Shown: positions 20,301 to 28,204 of the stretch, piece after piece | Numbering within the stretch: position 1 is the first letter of the stretch | How the letters are laid out: every line of letters begins with the position of its first letter | Assembly (NCBI GenBank): GCA_964476595.1 | Contig: CAYZCL010000073.1 | Coordinates: 14,980 to 78,979, forward strand | DNA length: 64,000 bases | Source: an uncultured Desulfobacteraceae bacterium | GTDB taxonomy: Bacteria > Desulfobacterota > Desulfobacteria > Desulfobacterales > JALSRD01 | Direction: 5' to 3' | Translations under genes and position numbers: made by a program | The notes under the pieces: generated by a model | Databases searched by the model: none | Told to the model about the DNA's origin: nothing | The model's input: the letters and a program-made list of their open reading frames with translations, nothing else

Positions 20301-20449
20301 GCGAGACCTGGATGGCGCTGCAGAAGGCGGCCGAGCTGTCGCCGCTGCTGCTGCCCGTGCCGCTCACGGCGGACGGAAGCACGCGCTGCGCCCAGCGGGG
20401 CCTGAACAGCGAGTGCGCCGGCCCGCAGTGTCCTTATTACAAGGCCTGA
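17339..20449 (+). CDS. Three-part fusion: radical SAM domain (with Cys-poor SPASM-like region), ArsM-like SAM-dependent methyltransferase, and a C-terminal Cys-rich (zinc-ribbon-like plus CGAxxG-like) domain
   Basis: Track ORF 17132..20449 trimmed to MQIPENIHRW (ATG 17339). Radical SAM motif: TDRCNLACRHC. ArsM-like motifs: SYGCGSP, VVDLGSGTG, SNCVINL, RGECIAGA. C-terminal motifs: CMRCG..CVFCG..CEKGHFVCDRCH, GSCGFWGACGAALG, CAGPQCPYY. Confidence 0.8.
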   Translation: MQIPENIHRWKRLSWEETPIYVYPEGPDWLVPSPSGDRLLRHLAAGGHPREPAVLSQNGDSAMALLRTEQFLSLIPRANGRPYRGRGAVLTLERLRECWLHITDRCNLACRHCLFACSAATRTTLPAARIARVVSQAYALGTRVFYLTGGEPLAHPEIDAVCREILLAHDDTLLVMLTNGLLIPSRQKLLTSLPADRLHLQVSVDGLEAVHDRLRGRGGFARLAEIMARLPERGLRASLAMAVHASNVHQMADVVDLAARWGAVSVHYLWLLVTGKARPADFVAPQTLFARLADARQRAVRRGVTIDNISTLESQVFSAPGTRHDLGNAAWESLAVGPDGRVFPTPALVGQDAACAGHIDRGLERVWRASPLFEDLRRRSLVDVPRYARNPLRFLVGGGDIDHSFYAGGDFIGHDPYVPLYNRVALWRIAAAARRARRMPWPQVRLKMGDRLLQCHSAGDGVALTHANCVLTLSATHRVVGDFYARAAREPRTDIRNPVCYPEDDVAHIPAEARVRSYGCGSPVMDAALAPGETVVDLGSGTGVECFIAARQVGPRGRVVGVDMLDDMLARARAAASSVSRQLGYDNVSFRKGYLEDLPLEDAFADVVLSNCVINLSEDKRQTLAEIHRILKPGGRLVISDVVTDRPFAPAIANDPVLRGECIAGAMVQDRLLSLLEAVGFANIRLIKRFFYRRVRGHTFYSLTYAAVRPAPPVRRSVIYPGPYAGVVTDSGRLLLRGRKTELDWSEQVDDAGAILLLDEAGSAVNTASENTCACQAPPEARGRDGGGAPAEALIPAADRFLTPPGKSRTGCMRCGAPLAYLERDRPERCVFCGEVGPANAVCEKGHFVCDRCHSRDAVHVVRHLCLTSTETDMIDLLNRIRRHPAVPMHGPEHHFALPGVIVAAYRNSGGAVGEAEILSAIARGSGVPGGSCGFWGACGAALGVGIAFALLLESNPVKADQRQIAQHVTAQLLQASSEIKAARCCQRETWMALQKAAELSPLLLPVPLTADGSTRCAQRGLNSECAGPQCPYYKA

Positions 20450-20593
20450 AAGCGGGAGCATCGCAGATATCGGCGGGTATGGGCTGCCTGCCCGCCTCTC
20501 CCGCCCACGGTTAGCCCCCGATGATGGAGAGGCGGCCGCAGAAAGCATGCCGACGGCCGCCTGCAACTGCCCGGGGCTTGAAGGACTGCCTTC

Positions 20594-20622
20594 TTGACGG
20601 GCAACCGGGGGGCGTGTATTTT
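20594..20622 (+). promoter_or_regulatory. Possible sigma-70 promoter for the D-lactate dehydrogenase gene
   Basis: TTGACG (20594-99), a 17-nt spacer, then TATTTT (20617-22). A 7-bp inverted repeat CGACGAT/ATCGTCG (20671-20690) lies between it and the SD. Confidence 0.35.
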
Positions 20623-20719
20623 TCCGACGTACAGGCCTGTGGGAGACACAGGCTATTGCCGGAATGATCACGACGATACGGTGATCGTCGATCTGTCCAG
20701 CCCCCGAAAGGAGCACGCC

Positions 20720-23536
20720 ATGCCCGACGCCCGCTACGCCGCGCTGGCGGCCGAGCTGTGCCGCCGCATTCCCGAAAACCGCCTCTTCACCGACCCACTG
20801 CGCACTTACGCCTTCGGCACGGACGCCAGCTTCTACCGCCTCACGCCCCAGGTGGTCGTCAAGGTGCGCGACGAAGCCGAGGTGCGGCACGTGCTGGCCG
20901 CCTGCCGCGAGCGATCCCTGCCGCTGACCTTCCGCGCCGCCGGCACCAGCCTCTCGGGACAGGCCCTGAGCGACTCCGTGCTGGTGCTGCTCGACGAGGA
21001 CGGGTGGCGCCAGAGCCGCGTGTCGGCCGACGGCCGCCGCGTGGACCTGGGCGTGGGCCTGCTGGGCATCGAGGCCAACCGGCTGCTGGCGCCTTACGGC
21101 CGCAAGATCGGGCCCGACCCGGCCTCCATCAACGCCGCCAAGATCGGCGGCATCGTCTCCAACAACTCCTGCGGCATGTCCAGCGGCATCACCGAGAACA
21201 GCATGGGCACCCTGGCCGGCATGCGCCTCGTGCTGGTGGACGGCACCGTGCTGGACACGCGCGACGCGGACAGCCGCGAGGCCTTTGCCCGCCGGAGGCC
21301 GGACATCGTCGCGGGCGTCGTGGCGCTCTCCGAGCGGCTGCGGGCCCGACCCGACCTGGCGGCGCGCATCGCCCGCAAGTACCGCATCAAGAACACCACC
21401 GGGTACAGCGTCAACGCGCTGCTCGACTTTACCGATCCCGTCGATATCGTCGAACACCTCATGATCGGCTCCGAGGGCACGCTGGGGTTCATCGCCGAGG
21501 CCGGCTTCCACACCGTTCCGCTGGCCCGCCGCCGCGCTGCGGGCCTGCTGCTCTTTCCGGACATCGCCCACGCCTGCCGGGCCGTGGAGATCCTCAAGAA
21601 CTGCCGCGTGAACGCCGCCGAGCTCATGGACCGCGCGGCCCTGGCATCGGTGCAGGACAAGCCCGGCATGCCGTCCTACATCCGCGAACTGGACGATTCG
21701 GTTGCGGCCCTGCTGGTGCAGACCGAGGCCGACAGCCGCGGGGCGCTGGAGGAACAGGTGTCCGCCATCCTGGCGGGGTTCGAGGGTTTTGCGCGGGCAC
21801 GCGAATTCGTCTTCACCGACGACGAGGCGCAGATCGCGGCCCTTTGGAAGGTGCGCCAGGGCATTTTCCCTTCGGCCTGCACCGGACGCCCCGGCGGCAC
21901 CACCGTGATCATCGAGGACATCGCCGTGCCGCTCGCGCACCTGCCGGCCTGCCTGGAGGACCTGCAGCGGCTCTTCGGGCGCTACGGCTACCGCGATACC
22001 GTCATCTGGGGCCACGTCTTCGACGGCAACGTGCACTTCGTGCTGACGCCCGACTTCACCGACCCGGCCGAACTGGACCGCTACCGGCGCTTCATGGACG
22101 AGGTGGTCTCGCTGGTCGTCGACCGCTACGACGGCTCGCTCAAGGCCGAGCACGGCACGGGACGCAACATGGCCCCCTTCGTGCGCCGCGAGTGGGGCGA
22201 CGAGATCTACGCGGTGATGCGCGACATCAAGGCGCTCTTCGACCCCGACAACCTGCTCAACCCCGGCGTGATCATCAACGCGGACCCCGAGGCGCACCTC
22301 AGGGACCTCAAGCCCATGCCGGTGGCCCACGAACTCGTGGACACCTGCACCGAGTGCGGCTTCTGCGAGCGCAGCTGCGTGTCCCACGGCCTGACCCTCT
22401 CGGCCCGCCAGCGCATCGCGGTCTTTCGCGAGATGGCGCGCCTGGCCCGCAGCGGCGAGGACCCCGCGCGCCTGGAGCGCCTGCGGCGCGACTTCGCCTA
22501 CCAGGGCGAGCGCACCTGCGCCGCCGACGGTCTGTGCGCCGCCACCTGCCCGGTGGAGATCGACACCGGACGCCTGATCAAGGCGCTGCGCGAAAACAAC
22601 GCCGGTCCCCTGGCCGGAACGGTTGCCTGCAAGATCGGTGCGCACATGGACGTGGTCACCGCCGCCGCCCGCGGCGGCCTGGCGCTGCTCGACCGGGCCC
22701 ACGGCCTGCTGGGCGGCCGGCGCATGGCCGCCGCCGCGCGGGAACTGCACAGGCTCTCGCAGGGGCGCCTGCCCCTGTGGACGCCGGCCATGCCGCGTCC
22801 GGCCGCGCCGCCGGTAATCAAGAGGCGCACGGCGCACGCGCGGGTGGTCTACCTGCCGTCGTGCATCAGCCGCACCATGGGGCCGGCCTGCGGCGAGGAC
22901 TGGCCGCCCCTGGCGCAGGTGACCCACGCCTTGCTGGAAAAGGCCGGCTTCGCCGTGGTCTACCCGCGGCGGATGGCGCGCCTGTGTTGCGGCATGCCCT
23001 TTGCCAGCAAAGGGCTGCGGCAGGCCGCGCGCGAGCGTGCGCGCGACATGCAGCACGCCCTGCTGGAGGCTTCCGACGGCGGCCGCCTGCCGGTGCTGTG
23101 CGACACCAGTCCCTGCCTGCTGCACATGCGCGAGACCCTGGACAGCCGCCTCGATCTGTACGAACCCATCGGTTTTACGCTGTCGCACCTGGCGCCGCGC
23201 CTGCACTTTGAAAAGCGTCCGGGCGCCGTCGCCGTCCACACCGTGTGCAGCGCCCGCAAGATGGGCCTGGAACAGGACTTCCTGCGCCTGACCGGCATGT
23301 GCGCCGAAAAGGTGGTGGCCCCCGAGGTCAACTGCTGCGGCTTCGCCGGCGACCGCGGTTTCACCGTTCCCGAGCTCAACCGCCACGGCCTGCGCCGCCT
23401 GAAACAGCAGTTGCCGCCGGAGGTGACGGAGGGCTATTCCACCAGCCGCACCTGCGAGATCGGCCTGACGGCCCACGGCGGCATCTCCTACCGCTCGATC
23501 CTGTACCTGGTGGACGCCGTCACGCGGCCGCGCTGA
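20720..23536 (+). CDS. FAD-binding oxidoreductase fused to an Fe-S/CCG domain (D-lactate dehydrogenase type)
   Basis: Track ORF trimmed to MPDARYAAL, with SD AAAGGAG upstream. It has an FAD_binding_4-like N-terminus (FRAAGTSLSGQA), 4Fe-4S motifs CTECGFCERSC and CAADGLCAATCP, and C-terminal CCG-type Cys motifs (CCGMPF, CCGFAGD). Confidence 0.85.
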   Translation: MPDARYAALAAELCRRIPENRLFTDPLRTYAFGTDASFYRLTPQVVVKVRDEAEVRHVLAACRERSLPLTFRAAGTSLSGQALSDSVLVLLDEDGWRQSRVSADGRRVDLGVGLLGIEANRLLAPYGRKIGPDPASINAAKIGGIVSNNSCGMSSGITENSMGTLAGMRLVLVDGTVLDTRDADSREAFARRRPDIVAGVVALSERLRARPDLAARIARKYRIKNTTGYSVNALLDFTDPVDIVEHLMIGSEGTLGFIAEAGFHTVPLARRRAAGLLLFPDIAHACRAVEILKNCRVNAAELMDRAALASVQDKPGMPSYIRELDDSVAALLVQTEADSRGALEEQVSAILAGFEGFARAREFVFTDDEAQIAALWKVRQGIFPSACTGRPGGTTVIIEDIAVPLAHLPACLEDLQRLFGRYGYRDTVIWGHVFDGNVHFVLTPDFTDPAELDRYRRFMDEVVSLVVDRYDGSLKAEHGTGRNMAPFVRREWGDEIYAVMRDIKALFDPDNLLNPGVIINADPEAHLRDLKPMPVAHELVDTCTECGFCERSCVSHGLTLSARQRIAVFREMARLARSGEDPARLERLRRDFAYQGERTCAADGLCAATCPVEIDTGRLIKALRENNAGPLAGTVACKIGAHMDVVTAAARGGLALLDRAHGLLGGRRMAAAARELHRLSQGRLPLWTPAMPRPAAPPVIKRRTAHARVVYLPSCISRTMGPACGEDWPPLAQVTHALLEKAGFAVVYPRRMARLCCGMPFASKGLRQAARERARDMQHALLEASDGGRLPVLCDTSPCLLHMRETLDSRLDLYEPIGFTLSHLAPRLHFEKRPGAVAVHTVCSARKMGLEQDFLRLTGMCAEKVVAPEVNCCGFAGDRGFTVPELNRHGLRRLKQQLPPEVTEGYSTSRTCEIGLTAHGGISYRSILYLVDAVTRPR

Positions 23537-23556
23537 ACCGCAGTGTGAAAAACCGG

Positions 23557-23584
23557 TTGCAAAACAGCGGTGCGGCCTTAATTT
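23557..23584 (+). promoter_or_regulatory. Possible sigma-70 promoter for the DJ-1/PfpI gene
   Basis: TTGCAA (23557-62), a 16-nt spacer, then TAATTT (23579-84). SD AGAGGAGG precedes ATG 23633. Confidence 0.3.
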
Positions 23585-23632
23585 GATTACAGGCCCGCTT
23601 TTATTCGACTCAGGCACAAGAGGAGGTGTGAA

Positions 23633-24220
23633 ATGGCACGGAAGAAGATTCTCATGCTGGTGGGTGATTTCGTGGAGGACTACGAGGCTATGGTGCCCTA
23701 CCAGATGCTGCTGATGGTCGGCCACAGCGTGGACACGGTGTGCCCGGACAAGAAGCCCGGCGACAGCGTCAAGACCGCCATCCACGATTTCGAGGGCGAC
23801 CAGACCTACTCGGAAAAGCCCGGCCACAACTTCGCCATCACGGCCGATTTCGACGCGGTGGACCCCGCCGCCTACGACGGCCTGGTGATCCCCGGCGGGC
23901 GGGCCCCCGAGTACCTGCGGCTCAACCCCCGCGTGCTGGAGATCACGCGTGCTTTCGCCGCCGCCGGGAAACCCATCGCCGCCATCTGCCACGGCCCCCA
24001 GATCCTGGCCGCCGCCGGCGTGCTGGAGGGCGCCGCCTGCGCCGCTTACCCGGCCGTGGGACCCGACGTGGAGACCGCCGGCGGCTCCTGGGTGGCCAAC
24101 AACGACACTTTTTCCAACGCCCACGTGGACGGCAACCTGGTCACGGCCCCGGCCTGGCCGGCGCACCCCGAGTGGATCCGCAAGTTCCTGGAGGTGCTGG
24201 GCACGCGCATCGAACCCTGA
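23633..24220 (+). CDS. DJ-1/PfpI family protein (PfpI/YhbO-like deglycase or glyoxalase III type)
   Basis: 195 aa. Nucleophile elbow [10 protein letters not shown] and the typical VIPGGRAPE motif. Confidence 0.9.
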   Translation: MARKKILMLVGDFVEDYEAMVPYQMLLMVGHSVDTVCPDKKPGDSVKTAIHDFEGDQTYSEKPGHNFAITADFDAVDPAAYDGLVIPGGRAPEYLRLNPRVLEITRAFAAAGKPIAAICHGPQILAAAGVLEGAACAAYPAVGPDVETAGGSWVANNDTFSNAHVDGNLVTAPAWPAHPEWIRKFLEVLGTRIEP

Positions 24221-24269
24221 AGCGCCGAAACCCGGTCCCCGCAGGGAAGCCTCCCCCGGAGAGCGGCAT

Positions 24270-24293
24270 CCCGCCCGCCGGCGGGGGGTTTTT
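24270..24293 (+). terminator. Rho-independent terminator after the DJ-1/PfpI gene
   Basis: CCCGCC-CGCC-GGCGGG hairpin followed by GGGTTTTT. Confidence 0.6.
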
Positions 24294-24321
24294 CATGAAG
24301 CGCCTGCCGGGCCGGCGTGGT

Positions 24322-24729
24322 TCAGAACTGCTTGAAGATACGCGCCAGGGGCCGTCCGGGGGCCTCGATGCGCAGGTCGTGAAAATAGCCGTAGGGGGTC
24401 TGCACGGTCTCGTAGCCGGCCTGCGCGAGGCGGTCCTGGGCGCGGTCGAGCAGCGCCCGGGCGGCGTCCGGATCGGCCTTTTCCTCGGCCAGGTGGGTGA
24501 AGGAGTGCAGGATCACCCGCCGGATGTCCCACTTGCGCGCCAGCCACTTGGCGTTTTTAACCAGCTTGGTTTCGGCCGAGCTTCCCCCTTGCACGTCCCC
24601 GGGTTCGACGTGCACGAAGGCCACCACCCCCTTTTCCCAGTCCGCCGGCTCGGCCGCCGGGGCGTCTTCCAGGGTCTTCATGGCCGGCTGCCAGGCGAAG
24701 CGCTCGCAGTACCAGAACAACACGCGCAT
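24322..24729 (-). CDS. Stand-alone protein resembling the archaeal-type threonyl-tRNA synthetase editing domain (tRNA-Thr_ED / DTD-like fold)
   Basis: Track ORF trimmed to MRVLFWYCERFAW, with SD GGAGAA upstream. The pattern MR.L...C..F......VVAFVHVE......W.A.K......VILHSFTHLAEEKADP..A..LL.....L...GYETVQTPYGYF matches my recollection of ThrRS-ED. This was not verified by search. Confidence 0.55.
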   Translation of the reverse strand: MRVLFWYCERFAWQPAMKTLEDAPAAEPADWEKGVVAFVHVEPGDVQGGSSAETKLVKNAKWLARKWDIRRVILHSFTHLAEEKADPDAARALLDRAQDRLAQAGYETVQTPYGYFHDLRIEAPGRPLARIFKQF

Positions 24730-24757
24730 GAATTTCTCCTTCCGCGGTGAGTGATCG

Positions 24758-25483
24758 CTAGGCGGCACGTTCGACGAGACGGCCGTCCGCCAGCTCGGTG
24801 ATCCGGTCCGCCACGCGGTGCACCTGGTCCAGGTAGTGCGAGACCATCAGGATGGTGCAGCGCCGCTTGAGGTGAATCAGGAGCTTTTCTATCACCCCGG
24901 CGGCGGCGGTGTCCAGAGAGGATGTGGGTTCGTCCAGCAGCAGGACCTCGGGTTCCAGCACCAGGGCGCGGGCGATGCACAGCCGCTGCTGCTGGCCGCC
25001 GGACAGCTGCGTGGCGTCCGCATCAAGGCGGTCCCTGACCTCGTCCCAGAGAAAGGCCGAGCGCAGGGCGCTCTCCACCCGCCGCGCGATTTCGCCGGGC
25101 TTGCGGCGGCCGGCCAGCCTGAGGGGAAAGGCCACGTTGGCGGCGATGCTCATGGGCAGGGGGTTGGGGGTCTGGAACACCATGCCCACCCTGCGCCGCA
25201 GGGCGGGCAGGTCACAGGAGGGCGCGTAGATGTCCTCCCAGCGGTCGCCGAAGCGAATGCGCACGCGGCCGCTCAGGCGGGCGCCGGGCACATCCTCCCA
25301 GAGGCGGTTGAAGACGGTCAGCAGGGTGGACTTGCCCTTTCCCGAAGGCCCCACGATGGCCGTGATGCGGTGCGCCTCGAAGGCGGTGCTGATGTCATCG
25401 AGCACCTTGATGCCCCCATAGGAAAAGGACAGGTGCGAGACCGTGATCTTGGCCCGGCCGGCCGGTGGCTGCGGGTGATTCAC
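24758..25483 (-). CDS. pstB: Phosphate ABC transporter ATP-binding protein PstB
   Basis: GTG start at 25483 (VNHPQPP...) overlaps the pstA stop (GTGA). Walker A GPSGKGKST, signature LSGGQQQR, Walker B LLLDEPTSSLD. Confidence 0.9.
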   Translation of the reverse strand: MNHPQPPAGRAKITVSHLSFSYGGIKVLDDISTAFEAHRITAIVGPSGKGKSTLLTVFNRLWEDVPGARLSGRVRIRFGDRWEDIYAPSCDLPALRRRVGMVFQTPNPLPMSIAANVAFPLRLAGRRKPGEIARRVESALRSAFLWDEVRDRLDADATQLSGGQQQRLCIARALVLEPEVLLLDEPTSSLDTAAAGVIEKLLIHLKRRCTILMVSHYLDQVHRVADRITELADGRLVERAA

Positions 25484-26367
25484 GCGCGCATCCTCCCGGC
25501 GGCGCGGCGCGCCAGGCGCCCCTGGATCAGGAAGGAGAGCGAAAAGAGCACGGTGCACAGGATCAGCAGGATGACGGCGGCGCCGTAACCGTCGGCCAGT
25601 TCGCGGGCGTCGGCGTACTGCGAAGAGACGGTGTAGATGTAAAAGGGTAGGGCCTCGTAGCCCGACCACAGTGAACGGGGCAGACCGGCGCTGGCCACCA
25701 CCCCGGTGAGCATGATTACGGCCGTGTCCTCGGCGCAGCGGCCGATGGCCAGCACGGTGCCGCTGACGATGCCGGGCAGGGCCCGGGGCAGCAGCACGCG
25801 GGAGATGTTCTGCCAGCGGGTGGCGCCCAGGGCCGGGGCGGTGCGGCGCAGGGCGGCGGGGATGCCCTCCAGCGCCATCTGGGTGGTGCGGATCAGGTAG
25901 GGCAGCACCAGGAAGGCCAGCGAGAGCGCCGAGACCATCAGGCAGGGATACAGCCGCGGCGCCAGGGTGCGGTGCAGGAAGATGGTCACCGAGAAGCCGA
26001 AGAACCCGATCACGATGGACGGCGTGGCGGCCAGGATGTCGTAGAAGTGCCCGAAGACACGCCGCGTGTGGGCGCTGCAGTACTCCGCCAGGTAGATGCC
26101 GGCGGCGATGCCGACGGGAACCGCCAGCGAGACCGAGAGGATCACCAGCAGCAGGGTGCCGGCCACCGCGGGGAAGATGCCGTCGAAGACCTGCCGGCGC
26201 AGCAGCAGGGCGTCGAGCGGACCGACGTCCCCGAAAATCAGGGCGCCGTCCAGGCTGCCGGCGCCTTTCATGACCAGGTAGCCCAGCAGCACGGCCACGG
26301 CGCCCAGCAGCGTCAGGCCGCACACCCAGGCCAGCGCCACGGCCAGCTTTTCCAGGAAACGGTTCAT
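25480..26367 (-). CDS. pstA: Phosphate ABC transporter permease PstA
   Basis: Track ORF 25480..27201 trimmed to MNRFLEKLAVALAW. Polytopic, with an EAA-like region (ALGATRWQNISRVLLP). Confidence 0.9.
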   Translation of the reverse strand: MNRFLEKLAVALAWVCGLTLLGAVAVLLGYLVMKGAGSLDGALIFGDVGPLDALLLRRQVFDGIFPAVAGTLLLVILSVSLAVPVGIAAGIYLAEYCSAHTRRVFGHFYDILAATPSIVIGFFGFSVTIFLHRTLAPRLYPCLMVSALSLAFLVLPYLIRTTQMALEGIPAALRRTAPALGATRWQNISRVLLPRALPGIVSGTVLAIGRCAEDTAVIMLTGVVASAGLPRSLWSGYEALPFYIYTVSSQYADARELADGYGAAVILLILCTVLFSLSFLIQGRLARRAAGRMRA

Positions 26368-27224
26368 GCTGTACGCCTCTCCCCCCTCCGGCCCATGATA
26401 GCCACCGCCGTTACCGCTGCGGTGGTCATGAGATAGAGCACCAGGCCGCAGGCGAAGAGCGTGCGGAATTCCAGGCTGTCGAAATCGGCGGCCGTCACCA
26501 GGGCGATGTGGGCCGGCAGGGTGCGGGCCGAATCGCTTATCGAACCGGGCACGGCCACGGCGTTGCCGGCCACCATGAGGGCGATGAGGGTGTCGCCCAT
26601 GGCGCGCCCGAAGGCCAGCACCAGGCCGCAGCCGATGCCGCGCAGCGACCGCGGCAGCACCACGTAGAGCAGCTTCTGCACCGGGCGGCCGCCCAGGGCG
26701 TCCACCGCCCGCAGGTACGCACGCGGCACGCGCGCGAAACTGTCGGTGAAAAACAGGATCATGGTGGGCGAGACGACCACCGCCAGCAGCAGGGCAGCCG
26801 AGAGGATGCACATGCCCGAACCGCCGCCCAGCCAGCGCCGCACGAAAGGCACCAGCAGGAAGATGCCCACGAAACCGTACACCACGGTGGGAATGCCGGT
26901 CATGATCTCGGCCACCCCGCGCAGCAGGCGTGAAAAGTACTTCTTGTCGTCCGCCAGCTGGACGAGCGCCGAATATCCCAGGCTCAGGGGAAACCCGAAC
27001 AGCAGCGCCAGCGAGGCGATCCAGACCGTCCCCACCATCATGGGATAGATGCCGTAGAGGCCCTGGTCGGGCAGCCAGGGCCGGGTGAACAGGTTTCCCA
27101 GCCGCCCCTTTTCCACCAGCGGAAAGCCCAGGTACGCCATGAAGACGAAGATCAGCACGCTGACCGAAGCGCTGGCCAGCGCCGCGGCCCGCAGCAGCCA
27201 CTCGATGATCCGCTCGGCGCGCAT
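26364..27224 (-). CDS. pstC: Phosphate ABC transporter permease PstC
   Basis: 286 aa. Polytopic, with ALGGRPVQKLLYVVLP. ATGA overlap with pstA. Confidence 0.9.
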   Translation of the reverse strand: MRAERIIEWLLRAAALASASVSVLIFVFMAYLGFPLVEKGRLGNLFTRPWLPDQGLYGIYPMMVGTVWIASLALLFGFPLSLGYSALVQLADDKKYFSRLLRGVAEIMTGIPTVVYGFVGIFLLVPFVRRWLGGGSGMCILSAALLLAVVVSPTMILFFTDSFARVPRAYLRAVDALGGRPVQKLLYVVLPRSLRGIGCGLVLAFGRAMGDTLIALMVAGNAVAVPGSISDSARTLPAHIALVTAADFDSLEFRTLFACGLVLYLMTTAAVTAVAIMGRRGERRTA

Positions 27225-27225
27225 G

Positions 27226-28071
27226 TCAGCGGACCGGGATGAAGCCCTTGTCGGCCGCGATCCGCTGCCCCTCGGCGGAGAAGAGGTAGTCGATGAAGGC
27301 GCGTGTCAGGCCCCGGGGCTCGCCGCGGGTGTTGCTGTACAACCCGCGGGCCACCGGGTAGCGGCCGCTTTTGACGTTGGCCAGCGTGGGGCGCACGCCG
27401 TCGATGGCCACCGGAGCCACGCCGTCGTCGATGTAGCCCACCGACACGTAGCCGATGGCGCCCGGGTCGCCGGCCACGGCGGCTTTCATGGCGCCGTTGG
27501 AGATCACGAAGTTGGCCCGGGGAGAGATGGGGCCCCTGGCCAGGGCCTTCTTCCAGAACACCGCCCGCGTGCCGCTGGCCTTGTCGCGGGTGTACAGGTC
27601 GATCCCGCGGTCCGGTCCGCCCACGGCTTTCCAGTTGTCGATGCGGCCGGCGAATATTTCGCGCAGCTGCTGCGCCGTCAGGGCGCGCACCGGGTTGCGG
27701 GGGTTGACCACCGCGGCCACGCCGTCCACGGCCCACTTGAAGAGCTTGAGGTCATACTTTGCGATCTCTGCGGGTGTCGGCTTGCGGCCCGAGTTGCCGA
27801 TATCCACCAGGCCTTCGCCCACCTGCTTGATGCCCACACCGGAACCGCCGCCGGCGACGGTGATGCGGATGCTGGAGTTGAAGCGCATGATGCGCTTGGC
27901 GGCCTCTTTCATCACCGGGATGTGGGCCGTGCCGCCCGAGATCTTCAGCGTCCCCGAAAGCCCCCGGAAGGCATCCAGATCGCCGGCCTGCAGAGGGCCT
28001 GCGAGCAAGAACGCCGTCAGCGCCGCCATCGCCAGGAGAAGCCATTTTACGGTTCGGGTCGATTTGCGCAT
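27226..28071 (-). CDS. pstS: Phosphate ABC transporter substrate-binding protein PstS
   Basis: Track ORF trimmed to MRKSTRTVKWLLLAMAALTAFLLAG (signal peptide). GGGSGVG motif. Confidence 0.85.
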   Translation of the reverse strand: MRKSTRTVKWLLLAMAALTAFLLAGPLQAGDLDAFRGLSGTLKISGGTAHIPVMKEAAKRIMRFNSSIRITVAGGGSGVGIKQVGEGLVDIGNSGRKPTPAEIAKYDLKLFKWAVDGVAAVVNPRNPVRALTAQQLREIFAGRIDNWKAVGGPDRGIDLYTRDKASGTRAVFWKKALARGPISPRANFVISNGAMKAAVAGDPGAIGYVSVGYIDDGVAPVAIDGVRPTLANVKSGRYPVARGLYSNTRGEPRGLTRAFIDYLFSAEGQRIAADKGFIPVR

Positions 28072-28172
28072 GGTCAGCAGTCTCCTTTCCCCTTCTTTCG
28101 TTTTCCCCCAATGGTCGCCAGTAGGTGCGACGTCCTCGCTTTTAGCGCCGGCGATGGGCAAAGTCCAATCGA

Positions 28173-28204
28173 TAATATAGATGGAAATATATGCTTAATA
28201 TAGA
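28173..28204. promoter_or_regulatory. AT-rich island in the pstS/lysR divergent region with a 9-bp direct repeat TAATATAGA x2
   Basis: TAATATAGA occurs at 28173-28181 and 28196-28204, offset 23 bp. Read on the minus strand the repeat includes TATATTAT (-10-like). TTGACA at 28214-28219 faces the LysR gene. Confidence 0.45.

Noticed and set aside
20270-24166. 1298-aa ORF on the minus strand, with similar giants at 37400..41986-, 57801..60392+, 4109..6376+, 14781..17156+ and 24758..26323- (upstream part).
   Set aside because: They lie antisense to or out of frame with genes that have clear family motifs (Dld/DJ-1, SbcC, RND pump, histidine kinase, DAACS fusion, pstA). Their composition is Arg/Gly/Ala/Pro/His-dominated low-complexity sequence without motifs. 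These are typical stop-codon-poor shadow frames of high-GC DNA.
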